NCBI GenBank assembly: GCA_963735055.1
Contig: CAVTJN010000004.1
Coordinates: 152,914 to 216,913 of the forward strand
Reading direction: 5' to 3'
From: an uncultured Chloroflexia bacterium
GTDB lineage: Bacteria > Chloroflexota > Dehalococcoidia > Dehalococcoidales > UBA2162
Length of the DNA: 64,000 bases
The position numbers and the translations under genes are program-made. Shown here one piece after another: positions 9,145 to 17,714 of the stretch (position 1 is its first letter; every line of letters starts with the position of its first letter). Under the pieces are notes generated by a model. That model was given only the letters and a program-made list of their open reading frames with translations, was not told the DNA's origin and ran no database searches.

Positions 9145-10095
9145 ATGCAAGTGTTGCGACCGTTGTTTTTGTTTCTATCTTTGTCGCTGGTATCGATGGC
9201 CACTCTGGTCCCGGCCTACGCCCAAGCCCAGCAGTTAGCGCCGGCAACGATCACTGAGGTCCTGGTGACCACCGTGGACGGCAAGGCGGTGAAGGACACG
9301 GCGTTGATGGCCGGCGCGACCTACAGGGTCAGCTTTGTCATCGAGGCCGCCGCGGGCCTCAAAGAAAAGGCCGTTCTAAGGACTTCCCTGGTGCGAGCCC
9401 CGGGCTCGGACCGGTTCTGGACGCTCAAGGGCACCTACCCGGGCATCGATGCCGTATCCTGGCAACCGGGACAATCGACCATTCTCTTCGACGCGGTCCC
9501 CGGAAAGGCACAACTGCAGCTTGAGGGGAGCGTGCCGGCCGACTATGTCTCCGGGGCAGGTCCGGAGGGAGAGCCGCTGCACACCGCCAGGGACATACCC
9601 ATGGTTGAGCTGGCCCTGGAGTCGGGAGCGGTACTGAGCGCGGTCAAGCTCGAGGTCATCGACAGTTCTATCGAGGAATTCCGGGGCGCTCTGAGCGCCA
9701 AGAAGCAACTCATTGCCGGCATGAACGCAGACCCGTCATACATCACCATGGCGAAGGCGGTGGTAGCCAGCGCCGAGGCTCAAGCCAGGGTTGGCTATAC
9801 TGACCTGGCGATGGCGGCGCTGAAGGGCGTCCCGACTTCCGGTTGGGCCGCCCCAAAAGCTTCCACATCCTACCAGTGGGTCATCATTGGGGTACTCGCG
9901 ATCATCGCCGCAGGACTGGGTTTCCTGCTTATGAGGGCGCGTAACGAGGCCGGGTTCGTGAAGAGCCAGACGGATGGTCAGGCCAAGCGTCTGCAGATTC
10001 TGGCGATCAAAGCATCACGCATCGGGGACTCTACGCTGACCGATGGGATCGAACAAGTGCGCAAGGAACTCGAACAAGCCGCCGGAGGTAGCTAA
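9145..10095 (+). CDS. secreted type-I membrane protein, first gene of the FtsZ/tubulin-like operon
   Basis: Signal peptide 'LFLFLSLSLVSMATLVPAYA/QAQ', a ~220-aa ectodomain, one TM 'WVIIGVLAIIAAGLGFLLM' and a ~50-aa cytoplasmic tail. AGGAGG lies upstream of ATG 9145. Confidence 0.7.
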   Translation: MQVLRPLFLFLSLSLVSMATLVPAYAQAQQLAPATITEVLVTTVDGKAVKDTALMAGATYRVSFVIEAAAGLKEKAVLRTSLVRAPGSDRFWTLKGTYPGIDAVSWQPGQSTILFDAVPGKAQLQLEGSVPADYVSGAGPEGEPLHTARDIPMVELALESGAVLSAVKLEVIDSSIEEFRGALSAKKQLIAGMNADPSYITMAKAVVASAEAQARVGYTDLAMAALKGVPTSGWAAPKASTSYQWVIIGVLAIIAAGLGFLLMRARNEAGFVKSQTDGQAKRLQILAIKASRIGDSTLTDGIEQVRKELEQAAGGS

Positions 10096-12839
10096 TGGCA
10101 GAACATGTAATGAAGAGGAACTTTGCCCCGCAATTTGTGGGACTGGGGGGGACCGGGGCAGACGTAATTGCGTCCATGATGCGCAACGAGCGCCTCATTC
10201 TCCCGCTTCTGAACACGGATGGGATACGAGTTTCGTGTTTCGCGCTGGACGTGGCGAACGCCCAGATCGACAACCTGCAGACAGCCTATGAAGAACTAAG
10301 GAAACAACTGCAGGACCGGAATATCTCCACCGAGAAGATATTTCTGGCGGCGAAGTCGGTCAAATTTCCCACTCCGGAGGTGATGTTCGATTTCGTTCGT
10401 GACTATCCCACCTATATTGGCCGCGAGGGGGCAGTTATGCCCACGGACTACGAGCCGTGGCTGTCCTCGGTCATCGAGATCCCGCCGCTCGCCGGGGGCG
10501 TAGGCAGAAAGAGGGCACTGGCCAAGGCCATTTACGGTCTCAATCACCACGTCCTGAGACTGATCGGTGACGGACTGACCTCTTTCAAAGAGCACGTGGT
10601 GGCGTCGTCCATCCAGCCGATCGTCTTCGTCATCTACGGATTGGGCGGGGGATCGGGGAGCGGCATGGCAGTCGACTTCGTGCGGCACTTGCGCCGGAGT
10701 CTGGGCAGCGGCATACCGATCATCGGTCTGGCCATCCTTCCGTGCCAGGGCGATGACCCGCCGGCAAAAGGCGTCTCCGCCTTTTCGTCGCTCCTGGAGA
10801 GCGGAATGCTGGCCGACAAAGAAGCCAACAAGCTGGTTGCCAGGAAGTTCGGGGTCCCGTTTGAGAACCCGTTCAACGGTTTCTTCGTGATGCCGCTGGG
10901 TCCGGCCTACGGCCAGGGAAAAGGTCTGATTTACGCTCAAAGCATTATCGATGAGGCGGTCTCGGACATACTGCTGAAGTGCTTCAACTTCGATCCAGCA
11001 GATCTTCTCGCCCACATCGGAACCAATGTCGATCTGGAAGGGCAGTGGGTACACACGCTGTCAACGATCAGCATCTCCTACCCGGTCCAGGAGCAGATCG
11101 ACCTGACCAAACTGTACCTCTCGAGGCTTGACAAGATGCGGGAGCTCAAGAAGGAGAAGAAGGAGCTTTCGGGGGGCAGTAACATAAGCGAGACCGGGGG
11201 TGTGCGCCGACTCCTGGACGCGTGCCGGTCGGAACTCAGTGATGTCTACCGGCGGTGGATGATCGCCCGGGACCGTTACGAGCCGGCCAAGTTCGCTGAG
11301 ACAGTGCACGCCATGGTCTATGAGGACAGGTCGGTTGAAACGGATTTCATGCTTTACCTCAAAGGCGTCAATGAATCCATCCGGAGTCAATTGGACGAGT
11401 TGTATCTCTCGGTGAGAGCCATCGGATTGGACGCGCCCGAGGGGACCCTTGAAGCCAGGATCCGGAAATTCCTGCTCGAATTCTACGATCTGGCGATCGA
11501 AGTACCCCAAAAACCACAGGTCTTCGAAAGCCGGGTGCCGGAGATACTGGCCAGCCTTCCGGAGGACCTGCTGACGACGCAGCAACTGGCGCCGCGACAG
11601 GTGCAATTAGTCTGGGACGTAATGGATTTTGCGGGCATTGTCCTTGACTACATGGCCGCACTGAGGAACTATCTCGAGATACGCAAACTGTCAGACCGGC
11701 TGGTCCGCCTCCTGGAGGCGTCAGAAAAGACCGAGATCCGGGACAAGATGATCGCGAGGATACGCAAGATTTCGAGCCCGGAACTGGTGGTGCTGTTCTC
11801 GTTGATGTCGTCGATGCTTTGTCCGCTGGCCACCGAACTCAAGAACATGGATGAGTATCTGACCAATTGCCGGCGGATGAAGAGGATGCTGGTGGAGGAG
11901 GAAAAGACGGCGGCGACCATCATGGACGCGGTGGGTGAACAGAGTATCTCGGCCGATTCGGAAAAAGAGCGGCTGGAGCGCGAGATACAGCGGGTGAGAC
12001 CGGTGTTTTCCTCTCCGGGCAGGAAGAAGCTGCTGGAACGCAAGCTTGGAGAGGTGAACCAGCGCCTTCAGATACTGGCCGATGACGTAAAGGAGTCGCA
12101 AACGGAGGTCGAGCGCGTCAGAGGCAAGATCAGGGAGTATAGCGGCATCGAACGGAAGTTCGAGGTCAATTCAGAATATCGACGGATGGTAGTGGACGCG
12201 CTGGCGCTGGCCAACAGGTACCAGGAGAAGCAGACCGACCTGGTCAAGGACCGGGGCTTTTACGATCGCACCGGAGAGCTCACCGAGCACGAGAGACTCA
12301 AGATCATGCAGCGCATATTGAAGGGTGATGAGAGCGCGCTGAGCCGAGAAAACATACTTCGGGAGATTCTTGACTGGGACCACCTGCACCGCTACCTGGT
12401 AAGCGTGATCAACATGTTCCGACTCCCTGATACGCTGGGACTGACCGGTGACTACCGTTCGGATTTCCTGTGGTTCACGGCAGTGGTTCCTCCAGGTATC
12501 TGGAACAAAGACCTGGAACAGGACGTCACGACGGCGCTATCAGGCTACGTGAAAGAGGATGTCTCGAGGACGGTATACATACGGCAAGTAGAGTCTGACG
12601 ATCCATGGAGGGTGCGGTTCCTGTTGATCGCGGCCAAAGCCACCCCGAGGCAACTCGGTCCCTACCGCGACATGAAGCAGTCCTACGAGGCGGCGACTCC
12701 CGGCGAGCGGCTGATGGCACATTCTTTCCTGCTGGAGTACGGGGTGCAACTCGATGACGACGATCCTGCCACGCTGCCTGAGAAGCTGGGACTCCTCCAC
12801 CAGGTGGCGGGAGGGCGACGTAATGGCGGCGCACGATAA
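10095..12839 (+). CDS. divergent FtsZ/tubulin-superfamily GTPase-like protein with ~580-aa coiled-coil-rich C-terminal extension
   Basis: 'FVGLGGTGADV' (G1), 'AGGVGRKRALAKAIY' (T3-like), 'VFVIYGLGGGSGSGMAVDF' (tubulin signature GGGTG[ST]G-like), 'IIGLAILPCQGDD' (T5-strand-like), 'GTNVDLEG' (T7-like). The C-terminal two thirds are E/K/R/L-rich heptad-like. TAATG overlap with the upstream gene; GGAGGT RBS. Confidence 0.65.
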   Translation: MAEHVMKRNFAPQFVGLGGTGADVIASMMRNERLILPLLNTDGIRVSCFALDVANAQIDNLQTAYEELRKQLQDRNISTEKIFLAAKSVKFPTPEVMFDFVRDYPTYIGREGAVMPTDYEPWLSSVIEIPPLAGGVGRKRALAKAIYGLNHHVLRLIGDGLTSFKEHVVASSIQPIVFVIYGLGGGSGSGMAVDFVRHLRRSLGSGIPIIGLAILPCQGDDPPAKGVSAFSSLLESGMLADKEANKLVARKFGVPFENPFNGFFVMPLGPAYGQGKGLIYAQSIIDEAVSDILLKCFNFDPADLLAHIGTNVDLEGQWVHTLSTISISYPVQEQIDLTKLYLSRLDKMRELKKEKKELSGGSNISETGGVRRLLDACRSELSDVYRRWMIARDRYEPAKFAETVHAMVYEDRSVETDFMLYLKGVNESIRSQLDELYLSVRAIGLDAPEGTLEARIRKFLLEFYDLAIEVPQKPQVFESRVPEILASLPEDLLTTQQLAPRQVQLVWDVMDFAGIVLDYMAALRNYLEIRKLSDRLVRLLEASEKTEIRDKMIARIRKISSPELVVLFSLMSSMLCPLATELKNMDEYLTNCRRMKRMLVEEEKTAATIMDAVGEQSISADSEKERLEREIQRVRPVFSSPGRKKLLERKLGEVNQRLQILADDVKESQTEVERVRGKIREYSGIERKFEVNSEYRRMVVDALALANRYQEKQTDLVKDRGFYDRTGELTEHERLKIMQRILKGDESALSRENILREILDWDHLHRYLVSVINMFRLPDTLGLTGDYRSDFLWFTAVVPPGIWNKDLEQDVTTALSGYVKEDVSRTVYIRQVESDDPWRVRFLLIAAKATPRQLGPYRDMKQSYEAATPGERLMAHSFLLEYGVQLDDDDPATLPEKLGLLHQVAGGRRNGGAR

Positions 12840-12847
12840 CACACCTG

Positions 12848-13942
12848 ATGGAAACGGTACAACCATTGGATGCCGCCCCGAGTAACAGCTACCGGGCGAA
12901 AGAGTCCGGGCTTCGTCAGACAATTCTGAGAGCAGTCGCGGCGCTCTCGGTCACCGTGGCGTCACTCCTTTTGTTCATGGTCATGCCGCTGCTGCCAAGG
13001 GAGTTGATGGTCTTTGTGGCAGTCGGACTGGGGGCCCTGGCTTTCAAGTTCCCCACCCCGGCCCTGGTGCTGATGGTACTGCTGGCGATGCCAGGTTATG
13101 CCTATCAGATCAGCAATGCGCTCCCGGGAGCGGTCGGGGCGCCGTTATCCATGGTGGCGGCGATGTCAGTGCTGTTGCTGGTTATCGCGGTGATAGCCGG
13201 TGAATTGGGAGTGACGCTGGGCATCGCCGCCGGGGCAATCGCGGCGGTCTTGATGCTGACTCCGTTTGCCCCGCTGGCGTTGCCGCTGATTGTTGCCACC
13301 ATTCTTGTCCGTACCAAACACGCCCGGGTCGGCGCGCTGGTGACCATCATCACCTTTGTCATTCTCTATTACCCGATCCTGGCGTTAGGTGGAGTTGGCA
13401 CGCCTGACGTCCCGGTGCCGGTCCTGCAACGCGTTGCCTTCCATGCCAGCCCCCCGGTACCGGTCCTAAGCCTCGACGAGATCTCGACCAGGCTCTCCCC
13501 GATCGTGAACGGTTCGGCCCGCCAGGCGGCGCCCTACCTGAGGAGCCTTACGGAATACTGGCCGCTGTCGCCGGAGAGAAGACTGCTGCCGGCGGGCATC
13601 ATCTTCACGATGCTGGCCGCAGCAGCAATGGTAACGGCGGCGTCGATTCTTTTCCTTTTCCGCTGGTTACGGAAACGGGAAGTCGGAGGCACGCGTCTCT
13701 GGCCGGTCGCCCCGGTGGCGGGGATGCTGGGGGGAATGATGGCGTTTCTGGCGCTATCAAGACTTCTGGCCCGACCGTTGGACTATGCCAGCGTGATGAG
13801 GCCCATCTTAGTCGTGATCGGAGGCGTCGCGGCCGGTGGCGGCGGCTCAATTGTCGAGGTCTGGCTAAAGCGGCGCGGACGTCGCTCTGGACTATCGAGA
13901 GCGGTTGGCCGAACGAGCGTCGGCGGTAAGGGCCAGTGCTGA
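12848..13942 (+). CDS. polytopic integral membrane protein (~9-10 TM)
   Basis: Long runs of hydrophobic helices (e.g. 'ALSVTVASLLLFMVMPLL', 'LSMVAAMSVLLLVIAVIAG', 'IIFTMLAAAAMVTAASILFLF'). The Arg/Gly-rich C-terminal tail may be out-of-frame read-through (see findings). Confidence 0.7.
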   Translation: METVQPLDAAPSNSYRAKESGLRQTILRAVAALSVTVASLLLFMVMPLLPRELMVFVAVGLGALAFKFPTPALVLMVLLAMPGYAYQISNALPGAVGAPLSMVAAMSVLLLVIAVIAGELGVTLGIAAGAIAAVLMLTPFAPLALPLIVATILVRTKHARVGALVTIITFVILYYPILALGGVGTPDVPVPVLQRVAFHASPPVPVLSLDEISTRLSPIVNGSARQAAPYLRSLTEYWPLSPERRLLPAGIIFTMLAAAAMVTAASILFLFRWLRKREVGGTRLWPVAPVAGMLGGMMAFLALSRLLARPLDYASVMRPILVVIGGVAAGGGGSIVEVWLKRRGRRSGLSRAVGRTSVGGKGQC

Positions 13943-15212
13943 TCTCCTCAGGAACCGGACTGAGGAGACCAAAGCCCTGTGCCGGCCAATCGACACCAGT
14001 GGTGAAGATGCTTTACGCCAGATGTGCGAGCAGGAACTAGCTTTCACCGAACAGGCCGTGGCCGAGATGTCTCTGGCCGACCTGCAGCAAAAAGCGACCG
14101 TATTTGACCAACTCCAAACGAAGCTGCGCGAGGCGGTACAAGAAAGCAACGCCAGACTGTACAAGTACTACGACGAGGACTGGCAAAGGTACAACCATTG
14201 TCTGACCCTGGCCGGCGGCTACGGATTCGCGATTGGTGAAATGCTTGAGGGCCCGGACTTCGCGGCGCTGACAGCCATGGACTACCGCGAGGTGCTGCAA
14301 CTGCAGACGGCGCTCAATGAACGCTACGAAGCTGCAGCCCGGACGCTTGCCGAAGGCGTTGAAAAGCTGGCCGGCCGAATCCGCACCGAGGTCGACCCGG
14401 ACTTCAAACGGGCCGGCCTTGACATTGCCCGCGACTACCTCGCCCAGGGCCGCTACTCCGAGGGGCTGGAGGAGTTTCTTCAGGAATTGAGCGAGATTCA
14501 GTATGCCCTGGGGAACATCGTCTCAGGCCTGGACAGGGAAATTCGGGCCGTGCTGGAGAGTCTGAGAACAATTGTGACGGATGTTTTGATGCCGACGGCG
14601 GCAAATCAGGGCGATGAGGTTAGCGTCCACTACTACGGCGAGGTACTGGGTGAGGTTGACAGGCTGGGCGACCTTCCCGGGGACAAGGCGAGGCTGCCCG
14701 ATTTCATGCGCACCGTCTCGGTGGTGGGCGCACTGGGGGAGCTCATGGTGAGCCTCGGCTCAAGGCTGGCGGAGAAGATCGCCTCCCTGGAAACCAGTGT
14801 CATGGAAAAAACACCCCGCGGCTACAACTGGAGCATGAAGACTGACAGCCTTGCTCGCCTGACGGGACTATCGCCGGCCGGCGGAAAGCCGGTGGGAATC
14901 CATGACCGCATGTCGCTCGTGAAGGCCGGACCTTCGATCCTGGAAACGGCGGCGCACGCGCACAGGGACTACTCGGTCGCCCACGAGCTACTGATCAACT
15001 ACGCCAACGTTGAGTATCTGGTCGACGAGAAGGTTGAGACCGGGGCCGAGGTCAACGTTACCGATCTTCCGGTAAGTCGCAAGTACGCGGCTGAATACCT
15101 GGAGCTTTACCGGCTCAAACACCCGGGGCAGTTCCGCATCGACCGGGACCTGGGCAGACTCACAAGCATCAGCGGATTCCAGCCGGTCGAGCCGGTCGAA
15201 ACCAGGGGATGA
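13905..15212 (+). CDS. alpha-helical hypothetical protein (start uncertain; possibly continuous with upstream membrane ORF)
   Basis: 435-aa ORF with helical/coiled-coil character. The only in-frame start before aa 40 is TTG 13905, which has a weak RBS. It overlaps the upstream ORF by 38 nt. Confidence 0.55.
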   Translation: MAERASAVRASADLLRNRTEETKALCRPIDTSGEDALRQMCEQELAFTEQAVAEMSLADLQQKATVFDQLQTKLREAVQESNARLYKYYDEDWQRYNHCLTLAGGYGFAIGEMLEGPDFAALTAMDYREVLQLQTALNERYEAAARTLAEGVEKLAGRIRTEVDPDFKRAGLDIARDYLAQGRYSEGLEEFLQELSEIQYALGNIVSGLDREIRAVLESLRTIVTDVLMPTAANQGDEVSVHYYGEVLGEVDRLGDLPGDKARLPDFMRTVSVVGALGELMVSLGSRLAEKIASLETSVMEKTPRGYNWSMKTDSLARLTGLSPAGGKPVGIHDRMSLVKAGPSILETAAHAHRDYSVAHELLINYANVEYLVDEKVETGAEVNVTDLPVSRKYAAEYLELYRLKHPGQFRIDRDLGRLTSISGFQPVEPVETRG

Positions 15213-15213
15213 A

Positions 15214-16278
15214 ATGACAATCGACCCGACCCAGAGTCATGTCAAGGCCAGAATTCGCCGATGGCACGGCATCCGTTCGGGATGGCTGGTCATTGAACCG
15301 GCGAAGCTCGTGATCTACCGGCGCAAGTTCATGGGCCGGCTGGAACCGGCCGGGGATTTCGCAACCGAGCGCCTGAGATCAGTAGCTCCGGATACGACGA
15401 CCAACAGCGTGTCGGTCGAATTCGACGTCCCGCAGGAGGAGCCGGCGGTGGAGACATTCTCTTTTCCCGACCGGCACGACGCCGAAACGGTTACGTCGGT
15501 ACTTGGTGGGTTGCTGGAAGCGGCGGAACAGGAGCAGAGACGCCGCACAGAAGAAACCCTCCGCCTGGAAAGGGAGGCGGCCGAGCGCCGCAAACAGGTG
15601 CGCGCCGAATTTGCGGCCGACGTGTGGCAGTCGGCGGAGGCAATCTGGTCGATCGCCGGAGCGGGCTATGCAATGCAGAGCGCCGTGATCGCCGGGGACT
15701 GGAATGCGGCAAGGACAGAATACTCGGCCGTCTGGCAGCAAGCCGACAGGCTGAAGCAGCGGTGTCAGATCGATCTGATGCCGCCACTCGAAGAGCTCGA
15801 CAAGAGGATGTGCACGGAGGACGGGGAAGAGGTCATGAAGAAAGCGGGGCCGCTGCTCAAGGCCCTGGGCGACGGCGTCCTGAAGACCGAACCCTATTGG
15901 GCCAAATGGCGGCAAGAAGAAATCCAGCCAAGCTCGATGTCGCCCAACTGGAACCACCTGCCTTACTTCTTGCTCTTCAGCGCGGGCCATTTCGAGACCG
16001 TGCTGTCATCGCAAATCGAAGACTGGACCGGAGTCAGCAACGGGCTCTCGATCCTCCGCCCGGCATCGGCCGTACTTCGAAAGTGTTTCAAAGTGGAACT
16101 GGACGGGTTGATCGACGCCGCGGAAGCCGCCGCGGCGGCGAGAGATCCGGAGTTGATCGCCGGGACCGCGGGGCGCATCGAAAGCGCCCTCAGGGCGTCT
16201 TTCAAGACGCGGCCGTTCGAATACAAAGACCCGGGGCAAGACCCGGAGAGGGAGCGAGATGGTCTTCTGCCCAAATGA
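15214..16278 (+). CDS. hypothetical protein: N-terminal PH/GRAM-like beta domain + charged helical region
   Basis: ATG lies 1 nt after the upstream stop, with AGGGGA RBS. 'WLVIEPAKLVIYRRKF...VSVEFDV...ETFSFPD' looks bacterial-PH-like. It is followed by 'EAAEQEQRRRTEETLRLEREAAERRKQ'. Confidence 0.55.
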   Translation: MTIDPTQSHVKARIRRWHGIRSGWLVIEPAKLVIYRRKFMGRLEPAGDFATERLRSVAPDTTTNSVSVEFDVPQEEPAVETFSFPDRHDAETVTSVLGGLLEAAEQEQRRRTEETLRLEREAAERRKQVRAEFAADVWQSAEAIWSIAGAGYAMQSAVIAGDWNAARTEYSAVWQQADRLKQRCQIDLMPPLEELDKRMCTEDGEEVMKKAGPLLKALGDGVLKTEPYWAKWRQEEIQPSSMSPNWNHLPYFLLFSAGHFETVLSSQIEDWTGVSNGLSILRPASAVLRKCFKVELDGLIDAAEAAAAARDPELIAGTAGRIESALRASFKTRPFEYKDPGQDPERERDGLLPK

Positions 16279-17671
16279 ACATGATAATCCAGGGGGGTTG
16301 AGCCAGTGCAAGGTCTGTGGGCTACCGCTATTCGACCTGAAAGCGCAGTTCGATCTTCTGGCTGAAAACGTTACCGCAAGGGCGCCGATGGGACGCCGTT
16401 CGCCACGCACGGTGCTGATCGGTCTGGGGACAACGGGCGCAGGTCTTGTCGATACTGCCCGGGAGGGCAGCGTCTTATCCATGCCGGACCACACTGGTCT
16501 GGCCATCGACGCCCGGGGAACAGGCCCCGAGTGCGGACCGGCGGACGGCCTTCGTCTAAGCCTCGGCGCCACGCCGACGGCGGGGACGTTCTGCGGCATC
16601 GGGGAAGCACTGGTCAGAGACGACCCCACCCTGGCGCCGCTCCTCCGGAAAGCGGGCATCAACCGACCCGACAACGGCCAAACAGTCTTTCTGGTGGCCG
16701 CGGCCGGCGGAGGCATCGGCAGCGCCCTCCGGGTAGTTGTCGAGAAGTCCCAGCAGTTGAACCCGGAATGCCGTACCGTGGCACTGGTGATCGTCCCGGG
16801 ACGCGACGAATCCTTCCACAATCGATTGAACGCCTATTACGGCTTGGCCCGCCTCCTGGACACTTCCGACGGCCACGCCGCCGACCTGGTGGTCGCAGTC
16901 CACTTAGACCGCATGAAGAGGATCAGAGGGGTTGGCACACGGGCCCAGGAGTTGAGGACTGAGGGACTGCTGGCAGCGTTCAGCGACCTCATGATCAGTA
17001 ACCTGTCCTCGCAGAGTATTTCCGAGGTGGTGCGCATCAACCGATCGATGGGCGTTACCCTGGTCGTACCTTGTCTTGCCCTGGGGCGCAGCCTTGAAAT
17101 CTTCGGCAATCTGCGCAACATCCTGGAGAGTGCCATCAGCTTCCCGGCCAACAACGTCTCCAAACAGGCGGTTCTCGTCTGCCACTTGTTGCTGAGGGTA
17201 CCGAAAAGCCGGGCCGCGAGCTTGTCCGAAGAGATCGTCAGCGAAGAGATGGGAGCACTTATAAGGCAGCATCTGCCATATGCGAGGAGCACTTCACTGT
17301 CGATCACCTACAGCGATGCCCAGCACGACCGGGTTGACGCGTGCCTGCTGCTGGGGGGGGATTCGGCCAGGGCAGCGTTGTTCGCCGACAGCGCCGGTCT
17401 CTCCGGCTTCGAGGAAGAGATATGCCGACAAGCCTCCTGGGAGACTTATGGGCTGCGGGAAGAAGACATGCGGCAGGCAGGCAATGTCCTGATCGAGTAC
17501 GACTTCGCCCTGGAGCGCGCCCGGGGCAAGCGTTCCGCCCCTTCAGTTACCGGGCCGAGCGAAACCTCAGGTGAGCCGAGGGAGCTGGTCGCGGCCCCGT
17601 CAAACGAGCCGTCGCCTGGAAAAAACCGGCGAACGCGCAAAGGGTCAGCCACAAAATACGTTAACGCATAG
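16259..17671 (+). CDS. zinc-ribbon + divergent FtsZ/tubulin-like protein
   Basis: N-terminal 'CPNEH...CKVC'. Then 'VLIGLGTTGAGLV' (G1), 'VFLVAAAGGGIGSALRVV' (T4-like), 'VALVIVPGRDES' and 'DLVVAVHLD', laid out as in FtsZ. GGAGAGGGAG RBS before ATG 16259. Confidence 0.65.
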   Translation: MVFCPNEHDNPGGLSQCKVCGLPLFDLKAQFDLLAENVTARAPMGRRSPRTVLIGLGTTGAGLVDTAREGSVLSMPDHTGLAIDARGTGPECGPADGLRLSLGATPTAGTFCGIGEALVRDDPTLAPLLRKAGINRPDNGQTVFLVAAAGGGIGSALRVVVEKSQQLNPECRTVALVIVPGRDESFHNRLNAYYGLARLLDTSDGHAADLVVAVHLDRMKRIRGVGTRAQELRTEGLLAAFSDLMISNLSSQSISEVVRINRSMGVTLVVPCLALGRSLEIFGNLRNILESAISFPANNVSKQAVLVCHLLLRVPKSRAASLSEEIVSEEMGALIRQHLPYARSTSLSITYSDAQHDRVDACLLLGGDSARAALFADSAGLSGFEEEICRQASWETYGLREEDMRQAGNVLIEYDFALERARGKRSAPSVTGPSETSGEPRELVAAPSNEPSPGKNRRTRKGSATKYVNA

Positions 17672-17714
17672 CCGGGACTTGAGTCGGCGGATTCCGGTGT
17701 AGCCTGACCAATGC

